A stretch of 64,000 nt of DNA, from positions 806,001 through 870,000 of the forward strand of contig UYFQ01000006.1 of the NCBI GenBank assembly GCA_900617105.1, read 5' to 3'. The translations under genes were made by a program, and so were the position numbers. Below the pieces are notes generated by a model. It made no database searches and was not told where the DNA came from. It saw only the letters and a list, made by a program, of their open reading frames with translations. Shown here one piece after another: positions 36,528 to 45,485 of the stretch; the first letter of the stretch is position 1; each line of letters opens with the position of its first letter. This stretch comes from Hydrurus foetidus (taxonomy: Eukaryota).

Positions 36528-38386
36528 GCCGCTACGCCATCGGCATCGACTTGGGCACCACGCACTGCGCGTTGTCGTGGATGGATATTGATAAAAAAGA
36601 CAGCACGCAAGCGCCGTCCATACTGCACATACCCCAGCAAAGTGCTCCTGGTACGGTGCAAGATTTTGCGCTGCTGCCGTCCTTCGTCTACCTGCCCCAC
36701 GCCAGCGAATTCGCACCGGATGATTTGGCTTTGCCGTGGGATGGCGCCCCCGATGCCGTTACCGGCGAATGGGCACGCCGCCACGGTGCGCTGACCCCGA
36801 TTCGCCTTGTTTCCAGCGCCAAAAGCTGGCTGTGCCACGCCGGTGTAGACCGCCGTGCAGGCATCTTGCCGAACGATGCACCCGAAGAAGTGGCCCGCAT
36901 TTCGCCGCTGGAAGCCAGCACCCGCTACCTTGCCCACCTGCGCGATGCCTGGAATCACGCCCACCCGGAAGCCCCGTTTGGCGAGCAGGCGCTGACCGTC
37001 ACCATCCCCGCGTCCTTCGATCCCGCAGCCCGTGAGCTGACCGCTGAAGCCGCCCAGGCTGCGGGCTACCACGGCGTGACCCTGCTGGAAGAACCGCAGG
37101 CCGCGCTGTACAGCTGGATCGCGCAAAGCGGCGGCGCGTGGCGCAAGCAGGTCAAAGTGGGCGACGTGATTCTGGTGGTGGACGTGGGCGGTGGCACCAG
37201 CGACTTTTCGCTGATTGCCGTCGTCGAGCGCGAGGGCAACCTGCAACTGCACCGCGTCGCCGTGGGCGAGCACATTCTGTTGGGCGGTGACAACATGGAT
37301 TTGGCGCTGGCCCACGTCGTCGCCCGCCAACTCGCGGCGGACGGCAAAACCCTGGATGCATGGCAAATGCGGGCCTTGACCTACGCTTGCCGCGTCGCCA
37401 AAGAAGCGCTGCTCAGCAACGCTGAACTGCACGACCAGCCTTTGCTTATCCCCAGCCGGGGAGCCAAACTGATTGGCGGCTCGATCAACGCCACGCTGAC
37501 CCGTGACGCGCTGACGGTGACGATTCTGGAAGGTTTCTTCCCTCAAATTGATAGCAGTGAACGCCCTGTGGTTAAGAGGAGAAGCGGTTTAATGCAGTTG
37601 GGTTTGCCTTACGCGCAAGATGCCGCTGTCACCCGCCATTTGGCCGCACTGCTGGCCCGCCAACTCGGGGCCACGGCGGAGCTGGAGGGGTTCGCGCAGA
37701 ACGCTGCATCCAACGAATCCGCGCCAGGAGTACCCAACGCCACCTTTCTCCACCCTACCGCTGTGCTGTTCAACGGCGGCGTGTTCAAGTCTGAGGTGTT
37801 GGTGCAGCGCACGCTCGCCACGCTGAACGGCTGGCTGGCGGCGGACGGTGCGCCTGCGGCCCGTTTGCTCGACGGTGCCGATTTAGATTTCGCCGTGGCC
37901 CGAGGCGCGGCCTACTACGGCACCGTGCGCTCTGGGCACGGCATCCGCATCCGGGGCGGCACCGCGCAGGCGTACTACATCGGCATCGAATCCGCCATGC
38001 CCGCCGTGCCCGGCCTGGAGCCCCCCATCCAAGCGCTGTGCGTCGCACCGTTTGGCATGGAAGAGGGCACCGAAGCCGCCTTGCCCCCTCAAGAATTCGG
38101 TCTTGTCGTGGGCGAAGCCGTGCGCTTTCGCTTCTTCGGCTCATCGGTACGCCGCCAAGATGCCGTGGGCCTGTTGCTGGACGCTTGGGCACCGGACGAG
38201 TTGCAAGAGCTGGCCGAAATCGAAGCCACCTTGCCCACCGAGGGCAGCGCTGTGGGCGAGGTCGTCCCCGTCAAACTCCATGCCCGCGTGAGCGAAGCCG
38301 GTACGCTGGAGTTGCTGGCCGTGCCCCGCAGCGGCGGCGACGGCTGGAAGGTGGAGTTCGAGGTGCGTGCTGAATCGGGCGAATGA
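36524..38386 (+). CDS. Atypical Hsp70-family ATPase
   Basis: IGIDLGTT, TIPASF, LLEEPQAA, VVDVGGGTSD, LGGDNMD, AVARGAA; no canonical DnaK substrate-binding domain or lid. Confidence 0.9.
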   Translation: MSRYAIGIDLGTTHCALSWMDIDKKDSTQAPSILHIPQQSAPGTVQDFALLPSFVYLPHASEFAPDDLALPWDGAPDAVTGEWARRHGALTPIRLVSSAKSWLCHAGVDRRAGILPNDAPEEVARISPLEASTRYLAHLRDAWNHAHPEAPFGEQALTVTIPASFDPAARELTAEAAQAAGYHGVTLLEEPQAALYSWIAQSGGAWRKQVKVGDVILVVDVGGGTSDFSLIAVVEREGNLQLHRVAVGEHILLGGDNMDLALAHVVARQLAADGKTLDAWQMRALTYACRVAKEALLSNAELHDQPLLIPSRGAKLIGGSINATLTRDALTVTILEGFFPQIDSSERPVVKRRSGLMQLGLPYAQDAAVTRHLAALLARQLGATAELEGFAQNAASNESAPGVPNATFLHPTAVLFNGGVFKSEVLVQRTLATLNGWLAADGAPAARLLDGADLDFAVARGAAYYGTVRSGHGIRIRGGTAQAYYIGIESAMPAVPGLEPPIQALCVAPFGMEEGTEAALPPQEFGLVVGEAVRFRFFGSSVRRQDAVGLLLDAWAPDELQELAEIEATLPTEGSAVGEVVPVKLHARVSEAGTLELLAVPRSGGDGWKVEFEVRAESGE

Positions 38387-38387
38387 G

Positions 38388-41300
38388 ATGGCGGTGCGCT
38401 ACACCGTAGGCATTGACTTAGGCACCACACACACCGTGGTGGCCTATGCCGCGCCGAGTGCGTCAAAGGGTTCCTCCAAAGGCTCCAAAGACCCCAAACC
38501 CGAACCCCAGATTGCGCTGTTCGAGATCGACCAGCTGATCGCCCTCGGTGAAGTCGCCCCGCGTCCGCTTTTGCCCTCGGTGCGCTACCACCCCACAGCG
38601 GGCGAGTTGTCCCCTGATGATTTGCAATTGCCGTGGCTGCAAAGTGATGTCGGCAGCGGTACAGGTTCTGCCGGTGCGGCGGTGCAAGGCATTCAGGGAG
38701 GTTTGGCCTTGCAACTGGGCGCGCAAGTTCCTGGCCGCTTGGTGACGAGCGCCAAAAGCTGGCTGTCGCACACCGCCGTAGACCGCACCGCGCCCATCCT
38801 GCCCTGGGGCGCACCGGACGATGTGGCCAAAGTCTCCCCGCTCGCCGCCAGCGCGGGCTATTTGGCCCATGTCCGCGCCGCCTGGGATGCCGCCCACCCG
38901 ACCGCGCCGCTGGCCCAACAAACCATCGTGCTGACCGTGCCAGCATCGTTCGACGAAGGCGCCCGCGCTCTCACGCTGGAAGCCGCCCGTCTTGCAGGCT
39001 TGCCCCAAGTCCGCCTCATCGAAGAACCCCAAGCCGCCTTTTACGACTGGGTTCACAGCCACCAAGGCACGCTGACCGCTGATTTGGCCGCTGATGCGAT
39101 CGCGGGTTCGGTCATGGACACCCAAACCGCCCGGCGCTTGCTGGTGGTGGACGTGGGTGGCGGCACCACCGACTTGACGCTGATTCAGGTCGAGATGACC
39201 CCAGGCAGTGGGGGCCAACCCGTGCTGACCCGTACCGCCGTGGGCGACCACTTGATGTTGGGTGGCGACAACATGGACTTGGCGCTGGCGCATCTGGTGG
39301 AAAGCCGTTTGTCGCCAGCGGGAGGGTCTGAGCGCCTGTCCGCCGCCCGCCTGTCGCAGCTCACCCAGCGCTGCCGCACTGCCAAAGAGCTGCTGCTGTC
39401 ACCGAACGCGCCCGAAAGTACCACCGTCACCGTCTTGGGTTCTGGCTCCAAGCTGATTGGCGGTTCGTGCTCCGTCACGCTGACCAGAGAGGATGTCCAG
39501 CGCGTCCTGGTGGAAGGCTTTTTCCCCAGCGTCAGCGCCGATGCTCAGCCGCAACGCGCCCGCAGCGGCTTGGTCGAATTCGGCCTGCCCTACGCCAGCG
39601 ATGCCGCCATCACCCGCCACGTCGCCGCCTTCGTCGCCCGCACCGGGGCTGTGCCGGACATGCTGCTGCTTAACGGCGGCGTGTTCCATGCTCAAGCTTT
39701 GGCGGAACGCCTGCACAGCACTTTGCAGGGATGGGGCACGCCGGACGCTGCCCCGCTGCGCTTGCTGCACAACCCGCATCTGGACGCTGCCGTGGCACGT
39801 GGTGCCGTCGCCTACGCTCTCGCCCGCGCAGGCCTTGGTGTGCGCATCGGTGGTGGTTCCGCCCGCAGCTACTTTCTGGTGCTGGATGACGACACCCAAA
39901 ACGGCACCAAGGACGGTACGGCTTCCCAACGCGGCATTTGCGTCTTGCCCCACGGGGCGCATGAAGGCCACGAGATCGCCCTCAGCGACCGCACCTTCGC
40001 CCTGCGCCTCGCCAGGCCCGTGCGCTTTTACCTCGCGTCCAGCGTCAGCAACACCGCGCACCAGCCCGGCGAGTTGGTGGATTTGTCCCAAGGCGACTTC
40101 GTGCGCCTGCCTCCCATCGCGACGGTGGTGCAGCCGTTGGCCAAGTCTGGCAAAAGTGTCGCCGCGCTTGAAGTCCTGGTGCAGCTCAGCACCAGCCTGA
40201 CCGAAGTCGGCACGCTGGAGATGCACTGCACCGCGTTGAACGACCACGGACTCGACACGAACCAACGCTGGCGCTTGGAATTTCAAGTCCGAGGCGATGC
40301 CATCCTCTCCAACGACGTGGCCGATGCCCCCTTGCCTCACCCGCGCCTCAAAGAAGCCATCGACAAAATCGAGCGCGTCTACGGCAACCGCGCCCAAAAC
40401 GTGGACGCCAAAGAAGTCCAGCAACTGCGCCCCCAGCTAGAGCGCCTGCTCGGCACCCGCGACAGTTGGGACACGCCCCTGCTGCGAGCCCTGTTCGCCG
40501 CTCTGCTGGCCGGAGCCAAACGCCGCCGCCGCACCGCCCCGCATGAGCGCCTGTGGTTCAACCAGGTCGGCTACGCGCTGCGCCCCGGTTTTGGTCATCC
40601 GCTGGACGATTGGCGCGTCGCCCAAATGTGGGCGCTGTTCGAACCGGGCATCGCCTACAGCCGTGAGCCGCAGCACTGGTCAGAATGGTGGACGCTGTGG
40701 CGCCGTGTCGCCGGTGGCTTGACCGCTGAGCAGCAAGACATGGTGTTTGAGGCCATCGCCTACTACCTGCAACCCGTCGGTTGCCAAGACATTCCCTCGC
40801 CCGGCGGCCCCGCCATGCAAGGCTTGGACGACATGGTGCGCATGGCCGCGTCCTTCGAGCGCATGGCCGTCGCCAACAAGGTGCAATTCGGTGGCTGGCT
40901 GCTGCAACGCCTGCAAAAACCGACTGAAAACACCCAAAGCTGGTGGGCACTGGGCCGCCTCGGTGCCCGTCAACCGTTCTACGCCAGCACCCACACCGTG
41001 GTGCCGCCTGACATCGCCTCGGAATGGTTGGCGGTGCTGCTGGCCCAAGACTGGTCAAAAGCCGAGCCGATAGCCTTCGCCGCCACCCAACTCGCCCGCA
41101 TGACCGGCGACCGCGTGCGCGACGTACCCGATGCCCTGCGCGAACAAGTCGCAGACCGCCTCACCGCAGCCCGCGCCCCGGCAAGTTGGGTCGCGATGGT
41201 GCGCGAGGTGACAGCGCTGGCCGATGTGGACGAGGCCGACAAACGGCGCATGTTCGGGGAATCGCTGCCTGTGGGGTTGAAGCTGGTTCACTCGAAATCG

Positions 41301-41417
41301 GTAGGCCAGCAGCCTCCAAGTTTGCTCGCGACGATGGATGCCATACCCGGTGGTAATTTCGTCGTCGAGATTTCTAAACTCACGGACAATGACTTTTTAC
41401 CTGCAAGTTTTGAGTAG
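38388..41417 (+). CDS. Atypical Hsp70-family ATPase with C-terminal DUF3731-like domain
   Basis: VGIDLGTT, TVPASF, IEEPQAA, VDVGGGTTD; Trp-rich C-terminal domain (LRPGFG.PLDDWR, WWTLWRRVAGGL, WALGRLGAR, GESLPVGL). Confidence 0.9.
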   Translation: MAVRYTVGIDLGTTHTVVAYAAPSASKGSSKGSKDPKPEPQIALFEIDQLIALGEVAPRPLLPSVRYHPTAGELSPDDLQLPWLQSDVGSGTGSAGAAVQGIQGGLALQLGAQVPGRLVTSAKSWLSHTAVDRTAPILPWGAPDDVAKVSPLAASAGYLAHVRAAWDAAHPTAPLAQQTIVLTVPASFDEGARALTLEAARLAGLPQVRLIEEPQAAFYDWVHSHQGTLTADLAADAIAGSVMDTQTARRLLVVDVGGGTTDLTLIQVEMTPGSGGQPVLTRTAVGDHLMLGGDNMDLALAHLVESRLSPAGGSERLSAARLSQLTQRCRTAKELLLSPNAPESTTVTVLGSGSKLIGGSCSVTLTREDVQRVLVEGFFPSVSADAQPQRARSGLVEFGLPYASDAAITRHVAAFVARTGAVPDMLLLNGGVFHAQALAERLHSTLQGWGTPDAAPLRLLHNPHLDAAVARGAVAYALARAGLGVRIGGGSARSYFLVLDDDTQNGTKDGTASQRGICVLPHGAHEGHEIALSDRTFALRLARPVRFYLASSVSNTAHQPGELVDLSQGDFVRLPPIATVVQPLAKSGKSVAALEVLVQLSTSLTEVGTLEMHCTALNDHGLDTNQRWRLEFQVRGDAILSNDVADAPLPHPRLKEAIDKIERVYGNRAQNVDAKEVQQLRPQLERLLGTRDSWDTPLLRALFAALLAGAKRRRRTAPHERLWFNQVGYALRPGFGHPLDDWRVAQMWALFEPGIAYSREPQHWSEWWTLWRRVAGGLTAEQQDMVFEAIAYYLQPVGCQDIPSPGGPAMQGLDDMVRMAASFERMAVANKVQFGGWLLQRLQKPTENTQSWWALGRLGARQPFYASTHTVVPPDIASEWLAVLLAQDWSKAEPIAFAATQLARMTGDRVRDVPDALREQVADRLTAARAPASWVAMVREVTALADVDEADKRRMFGESLPVGLKLVHSKSVGQQPPSLLATMDAIPGGNFVVEISKLTDNDFLPASFE

Positions 41418-41426
41418 AAAGTGACC

Positions 41427-42578
41427 ATGATGATTGAAATGATTCGGATTGTTAACTTCAAGTCATTGGGTGAAGTTACCTTGCGGCTAGGTAAATTCAA
41501 TTGCCTGATTGGCATGAACGGCGCAGGTAAGAGCACCGTGCTGCAAGCGTTGGATTTTTTATCGCAGCTAATGCTAGGCGACGTGAGTGGATGGCTGAAT
41601 CAGCGTGGGTGGCAGATTGGCGATCTCAACTGCAAGTTGCGGAAAGAAAGCAACATCACGTTTAACGTAAGCTTTAGTCAGGCTACGGGAGAGAAGCTGA
41701 CCTGGGTTGGCGTATTTAATCGAAAGCTATTGCGTTGTACCAACGAGTTCCTCATTGCCAATGAGGGCTCCAGTAGAAAAATATTTCGTTCTGATGGCCA
41801 AGCCTATAGCACTGAAAATGTCCCCTATAAAGACATTGCGTTTGAGTTTCAAGGATCTGTGCTGTCAGCGCTCAAAGACACTGAATTACCTGCTCCTGTT
41901 CTGGCGTTCCGAGATGCCCTCCGCCGTATTCGCTCACTCGAACTGCTGTCCCCGCACTTGCTGCGCAAACGCGCCAGGGCTGGCGAGGACATTGGTGTTG
42001 GTGGCGAAAAGCTCTCAGCCTATTTGGACACCATCCGTGGGGAGGCCAAAGTGAAGTTGGTGGCCTTGCTCCAGACGTTCTATCCCGCACTGACCGATTT
42101 CAAGGTGGCATCGTTGCGCTCAGGAGCGAAGCAACTTTCGGTTATCGAACATTATGGAACCCATCGTTTAGAGACGGAAGCGACGCATTTGAACGATGGT
42201 CTGCTGCGCATCCTCGCGGTACTGGCCCAGTCGTCGTCTGACCGTTCGATGATTCTGCTGGATGAAATCGAGAACGGTATCAACCAAGAAATCGTTGAGA
42301 AGTTAACCGATTTGCTGGTGGCCAGCCCGCAACAAATGCTGGTGACAACGCACAGCCCCTTGGTCTTGAATTACCTGGAAGACGACGTAGCCAGTGAGGC
42401 CGTGCAGTTCATTTACAAAACCCCGCAAGGTGAATCACGGATTCGGCGGTTTTTTGATATTCCGCGCATGGGTGAAAAATTGAGCAGCATGGGGCCGGGG
42501 GATGCGGTCGTCGATACCGATTTGCATGCGCTGACGCAAGAATGCATTGCCTTGGATAACGCGCCTGTTGCGCCATGA
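41427..42578 (+). CDS. ABC-type (AAA_21/AAA_15-like) ATPase without membrane partner
   Basis: IVNFKSL, Walker A GMNGAGKS, LNDGLLRIL signature, Walker B ILLDEIENG, H-loop VTTHSP. Confidence 0.88.
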   Translation: MMIEMIRIVNFKSLGEVTLRLGKFNCLIGMNGAGKSTVLQALDFLSQLMLGDVSGWLNQRGWQIGDLNCKLRKESNITFNVSFSQATGEKLTWVGVFNRKLLRCTNEFLIANEGSSRKIFRSDGQAYSTENVPYKDIAFEFQGSVLSALKDTELPAPVLAFRDALRRIRSLELLSPHLLRKRARAGEDIGVGGEKLSAYLDTIRGEAKVKLVALLQTFYPALTDFKVASLRSGAKQLSVIEHYGTHRLETEATHLNDGLLRILAVLAQSSSDRSMILLDEIENGINQEIVEKLTDLLVASPQQMLVTTHSPLVLNYLEDDVASEAVQFIYKTPQGESRIRRFFDIPRMGEKLSSMGPGDAVVDTDLHALTQECIALDNAPVAP

Positions 42579-43315
42579 AGGTGTTGTTCAGTGGTGAAGG
42601 GCCAAGCGATTTGGGCGCTTGCACCAACAGCCAAGGTGAATGCGCAGGTGCTGACTTTTGCCACGGCCCGATGGCGGTTCTGGTGGCTCAATTGGCTGAA
42701 CCTGTGTTGAATTACGACTTGCTGGGTTTTCCTGACAGCTTTCATTTCGTCTCTGAAACTGCCCTGTGCGCACGCGCCAAAGCCCTGCCTGACAGGTTGC
42801 AACCTGCCAGAGGCAAGAAAAAAGGCGTGGAGACGCATTATTTCTACGCCAACGCGATGGTGCTTGGGACGCTCGCACAAGCGCTGGCAACCAGCAGCGA
42901 GGATCTCGTCCTGGCTGTGCTGTTCCGCGATGGCGATGGCACGCACAGCAGCGCTCACAGCCTGTGGGGCGATAAAGTGAAGTCAATGCATGACGGGTTT
43001 TTGCGTTCTGGATTTGGTTACGGCGTGCCCATGATGCCCAAGCCCAAGTCGGAAGCATGGCTGCTTTGCGGCGCGTTACCGCATTCGCCCAGCTTCGCCT
43101 CGCTGGAAAACCTACCGGGCAACGATGCCTCCCCGAACTCAGCCAAAAACCAGCTGGACGCCGCATTGGGTGGGCGCAAAACAGCGGATGAGCTGTGCGA
43201 CTGGTTGGTGCAAAACCCACTGGATACCGCCAGAGCAGACACCCTGCCCAGCTTCAAAGCGTTCAGAGAAACGTTGGTCAATGCTTTGACCCGTTTAGCC
43301 CGACTTCGCCATTGA
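42575..43315 (+). CDS. Putative TOPRIM-fold protein (DUF4276/RloB-like) coupled to the ATPase
   Basis: ATGA overlap; N-terminal VLFSGEGPSD, later VLFRDGDG (DxD) and KSEAWLL. Confidence 0.65.
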   Translation: MKVLFSGEGPSDLGACTNSQGECAGADFCHGPMAVLVAQLAEPVLNYDLLGFPDSFHFVSETALCARAKALPDRLQPARGKKKGVETHYFYANAMVLGTLAQALATSSEDLVLAVLFRDGDGTHSSAHSLWGDKVKSMHDGFLRSGFGYGVPMMPKPKSEAWLLCGALPHSPSFASLENLPGNDASPNSAKNQLDAALGGRKTADELCDWLVQNPLDTARADTLPSFKAFRETLVNALTRLARLRH

Positions 43316-43815
43316 TGGCCTTTTTCAGGCAACTTCCAACTTCCCACTCACTCCCATTCCCTGTGCAACCCCTGATTCCTCCCCCCATCATCGTCGTCCT
43401 CTTCGGCGCCGCCATGTCGGCCATCGCCCGCGTTGTCCCCTTCGGCCTCTTTAGCTTCGAGGGACAGCGGCTGGTGGCGGGGGCGTTGTTGTTGGTGGGC
43501 ATGGTGCTGATGGGGGCGGCTTTGTTGTCGTTCATGGCGAAAAAGACCACGGTGAACCCGTTGCGGCCTTTGAACACGTCCAGTCTGGTGACGGCGGGCG
43601 TGTTTGCCCTGTCGCGCAACCCGATTTACCTGGGCGATCTGCTGGTGTTGGCAGCGTGGGTGGTGTGGACGGGCAGTGCGGTGAATGTGCTGCTGTTGCC
43701 GCTGTTCGTCCTGTGCCTCAACCGCTTTCAGATCGTGCCGGAAGAACGGGCGCTGACGCAGTTGTTCGGGGCTGACTACACGGCCTACTGCGCACGGGTT
43801 CGGCGTTGGGTGTGA
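43315..43815 (+). CDS. Isoprenylcysteine carboxylmethyltransferase/PEMT family membrane protein
   Basis: KTTVNPLRP, LVTAGVFALSRNPIYLG, PEERAL, YCARVRRW. Confidence 0.9.
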   Translation: MAFFRQLPTSHSLPFPVQPLIPPPIIVVLFGAAMSAIARVVPFGLFSFEGQRLVAGALLLVGMVLMGAALLSFMAKKTTVNPLRPLNTSSLVTAGVFALSRNPIYLGDLLVLAAWVVWTGSAVNVLLLPLFVLCLNRFQIVPEERALTQLFGADYTAYCARVRRWV

Positions 43816-43818
43816 ATT

Positions 43819-43877
43819 GCTATTAAAATCATAGCTTGCGTTACATATAAATACTGTGTGTAAGGCCAAAAAGAACA
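43819..43877 (+). repeat. Intergenic copy of dispersed element
   Basis: GCTAT-TAAAATC-ATAGC-TTGCGTTAC-ATATAAATA-CTGTGTGTAAGGCCAAAAAG. Confidence 0.7.
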
Positions 43878-43883
43878 TCATTT

Positions 43884-44465
43884 ATGACCCTTGTCGCCCC
43901 CTCTAAAGCCCAGACAGCCCTGTTACCGGCTTTCCCCACGCTGGCGCTGGACCGCATCGTCATCCCCAGCACCGCAGCCGAGTTTGCAGCCGCTGTCGCT
44001 GATATTTTGGCGGCGGGGGCGGTGGGTTTTGATTCGGAATCCAAACCGACGTTTTCGCCCGGTGAGATCAGCAGTGGCCCGCATGTGGTGCAGTTTGCGC
44101 TCTTCACGAAAGCTTATTTGTTCCTGCTGCACTGGCCCGATTGCCGTGCTGCGTTGTTGCAGTTGCTGCAAGATCCGATGTTGCGCAAAGTGGGCTTTGG
44201 GTTGGAGCAAGACCGGGGGCAAATCCACGCGAAATTCGGGGTCACGCTGCGCTCTGCGGTGGATTTGAACCGGCACTTTCAGGATGCGGGCTACGGCAAG
44301 TCGATGGGCGTGCGGGCGGCGGTGGGTGTGGTGCTTAAGCAGCGCTTCCACAAGTCCAAGAAAACCACCACCTCGAACTGGTCACAGCCGCAGTTGAGCG
44401 ATTCACAAAAGCTCTACGCGGCGAACGATGCCTACGCCGCGCTGAAGGTGTTTGAGGCGCTGTAA
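43884..44465 (+). CDS. DEDDy 3'-5' exonuclease (WRN-exo-like)
   Basis: VGFDSE, KVGFGLEQD, SNW...L, YAANDA. Confidence 0.9.
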   Translation: MTLVAPSKAQTALLPAFPTLALDRIVIPSTAAEFAAAVADILAAGAVGFDSESKPTFSPGEISSGPHVVQFALFTKAYLFLLHWPDCRAALLQLLQDPMLRKVGFGLEQDRGQIHAKFGVTLRSAVDLNRHFQDAGYGKSMGVRAAVGVVLKQRFHKSKKTTTSNWSQPQLSDSQKLYAANDAYAALKVFEAL

Positions 44466-44476
44466 ACCTGAGCCTC

Positions 44477-45169
44477 TCAGGGGGCCAGATACGCCACGAG
44501 CTTGTCCGCCAGCACCTGCGCGGCATCGCTCCAAGCCACGTCCACGCCCAAACTCGCCAAATCCACCGTCTTCAGCCCAGCGAAGCCGCAGGGGTTGATG
44601 CGCGAGAACGGTTCTAAATCCATCGCCACATTCAACGCCACGCCGTGGTAGGTGCAGTGGCGGCTGATTTTGATGCCCAAGGCGGCGATTTTGCCGACGG
44701 AAAAAGAACCGGAAAAATTGGGGTCAGATTCCAATTGTTTGGCGCTGAAACCCGTCTCCAGCCGCGCGTGGCTGAACGGGTCGTCCAAGCGCACGTAGAT
44801 GCCGGGTGCGCCGCTCACGCGGTGGCCGGTGACGCCAAAGTGGGCGAGGGTGCGGATCACGGCTTCTTCGATGCGGTAGACGTATTCTTTGACGAAATAA
44901 CCCGCCCGTTTGAGGTCGATCAGCGGGTACACCACCACCTGCCCCGGCCCGTGGTAGGTGACTTGCCCGCCTCGGTTGGTTGGAATGACGGGGATGTCGC
45001 CGGGGTTCAGCAGGTGATCCGCCTTGCCCGCCAAGCCCTGGGTGTAGACCGGCGAATGCTCACAAATCCATAGCTGGTCTGGCATATCAGATGAGCGCTG
45101 TGCCGTGAATGCTTGCATGGCGGTGTAGGTGGCGGCGTAGTCTGCGTGGCCCAGGGGCTGGATCTGCAT
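44477..45169 (-). CDS. lipB: Lipoyl(octanoyl) transferase
   Basis: [39 protein letters not shown]. Confidence 0.96.
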   Translation of the reverse strand: MQIQPLGHADYAATYTAMQAFTAQRSSDMPDQLWICEHSPVYTQGLAGKADHLLNPGDIPVIPTNRGGQVTYHGPGQVVVYPLIDLKRAGYFVKEYVYRIEEAVIRTLAHFGVTGHRVSGAPGIYVRLDDPFSHARLETGFSAKQLESDPNFSGSFSVGKIAALGIKISRHCTYHGVALNVAMDLEPFSRINPCGFAGLKTVDLASLGVDVAWSDAAQVLADKLVAYLAP

Positions 45170-45179
45170 TGCGGTAAGC

Positions 45180-45485
45180 CTACAGCACCACTTTCACCAT
45201 CGGATGCGTACTCAGTGTGCGGTACAGCTCGTCCAATTGTTCGCGGGAGGTGGCATTGATGGTGACGGTGACGCCCAGGTAGTTGCCGGCTTTGCTGGGG
45301 CGCAGCTCAATTAGAGATTCGTCCAAATCGGGGTCGAATTGGCGGCAGATGGCGACGACGGCATCGACGTAGCCGTCTGCTTTGACGCCCATCGCCTTGA
45401 TGGGGAACAGCGAGGGGTAGTCGATCAGCGACTCTTTGCGGGCATCGCTTTCGGCGGGTGCGGGTGGTTTTGCGTCTGTGGTCAT
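45180..45485 (-). CDS. ybeD: YbeD/DUF493 family protein
   Basis: [38 protein letters not shown]; canonical position next to lipB. Confidence 0.92.
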   Translation of the reverse strand: MTTDAKPPAPAESDARKESLIDYPSLFPIKAMGVKADGYVDAVVAICRQFDPDLDESLIELRPSKAGNYLGVTVTINATSREQLDELYRTLSTHPMVKVVL

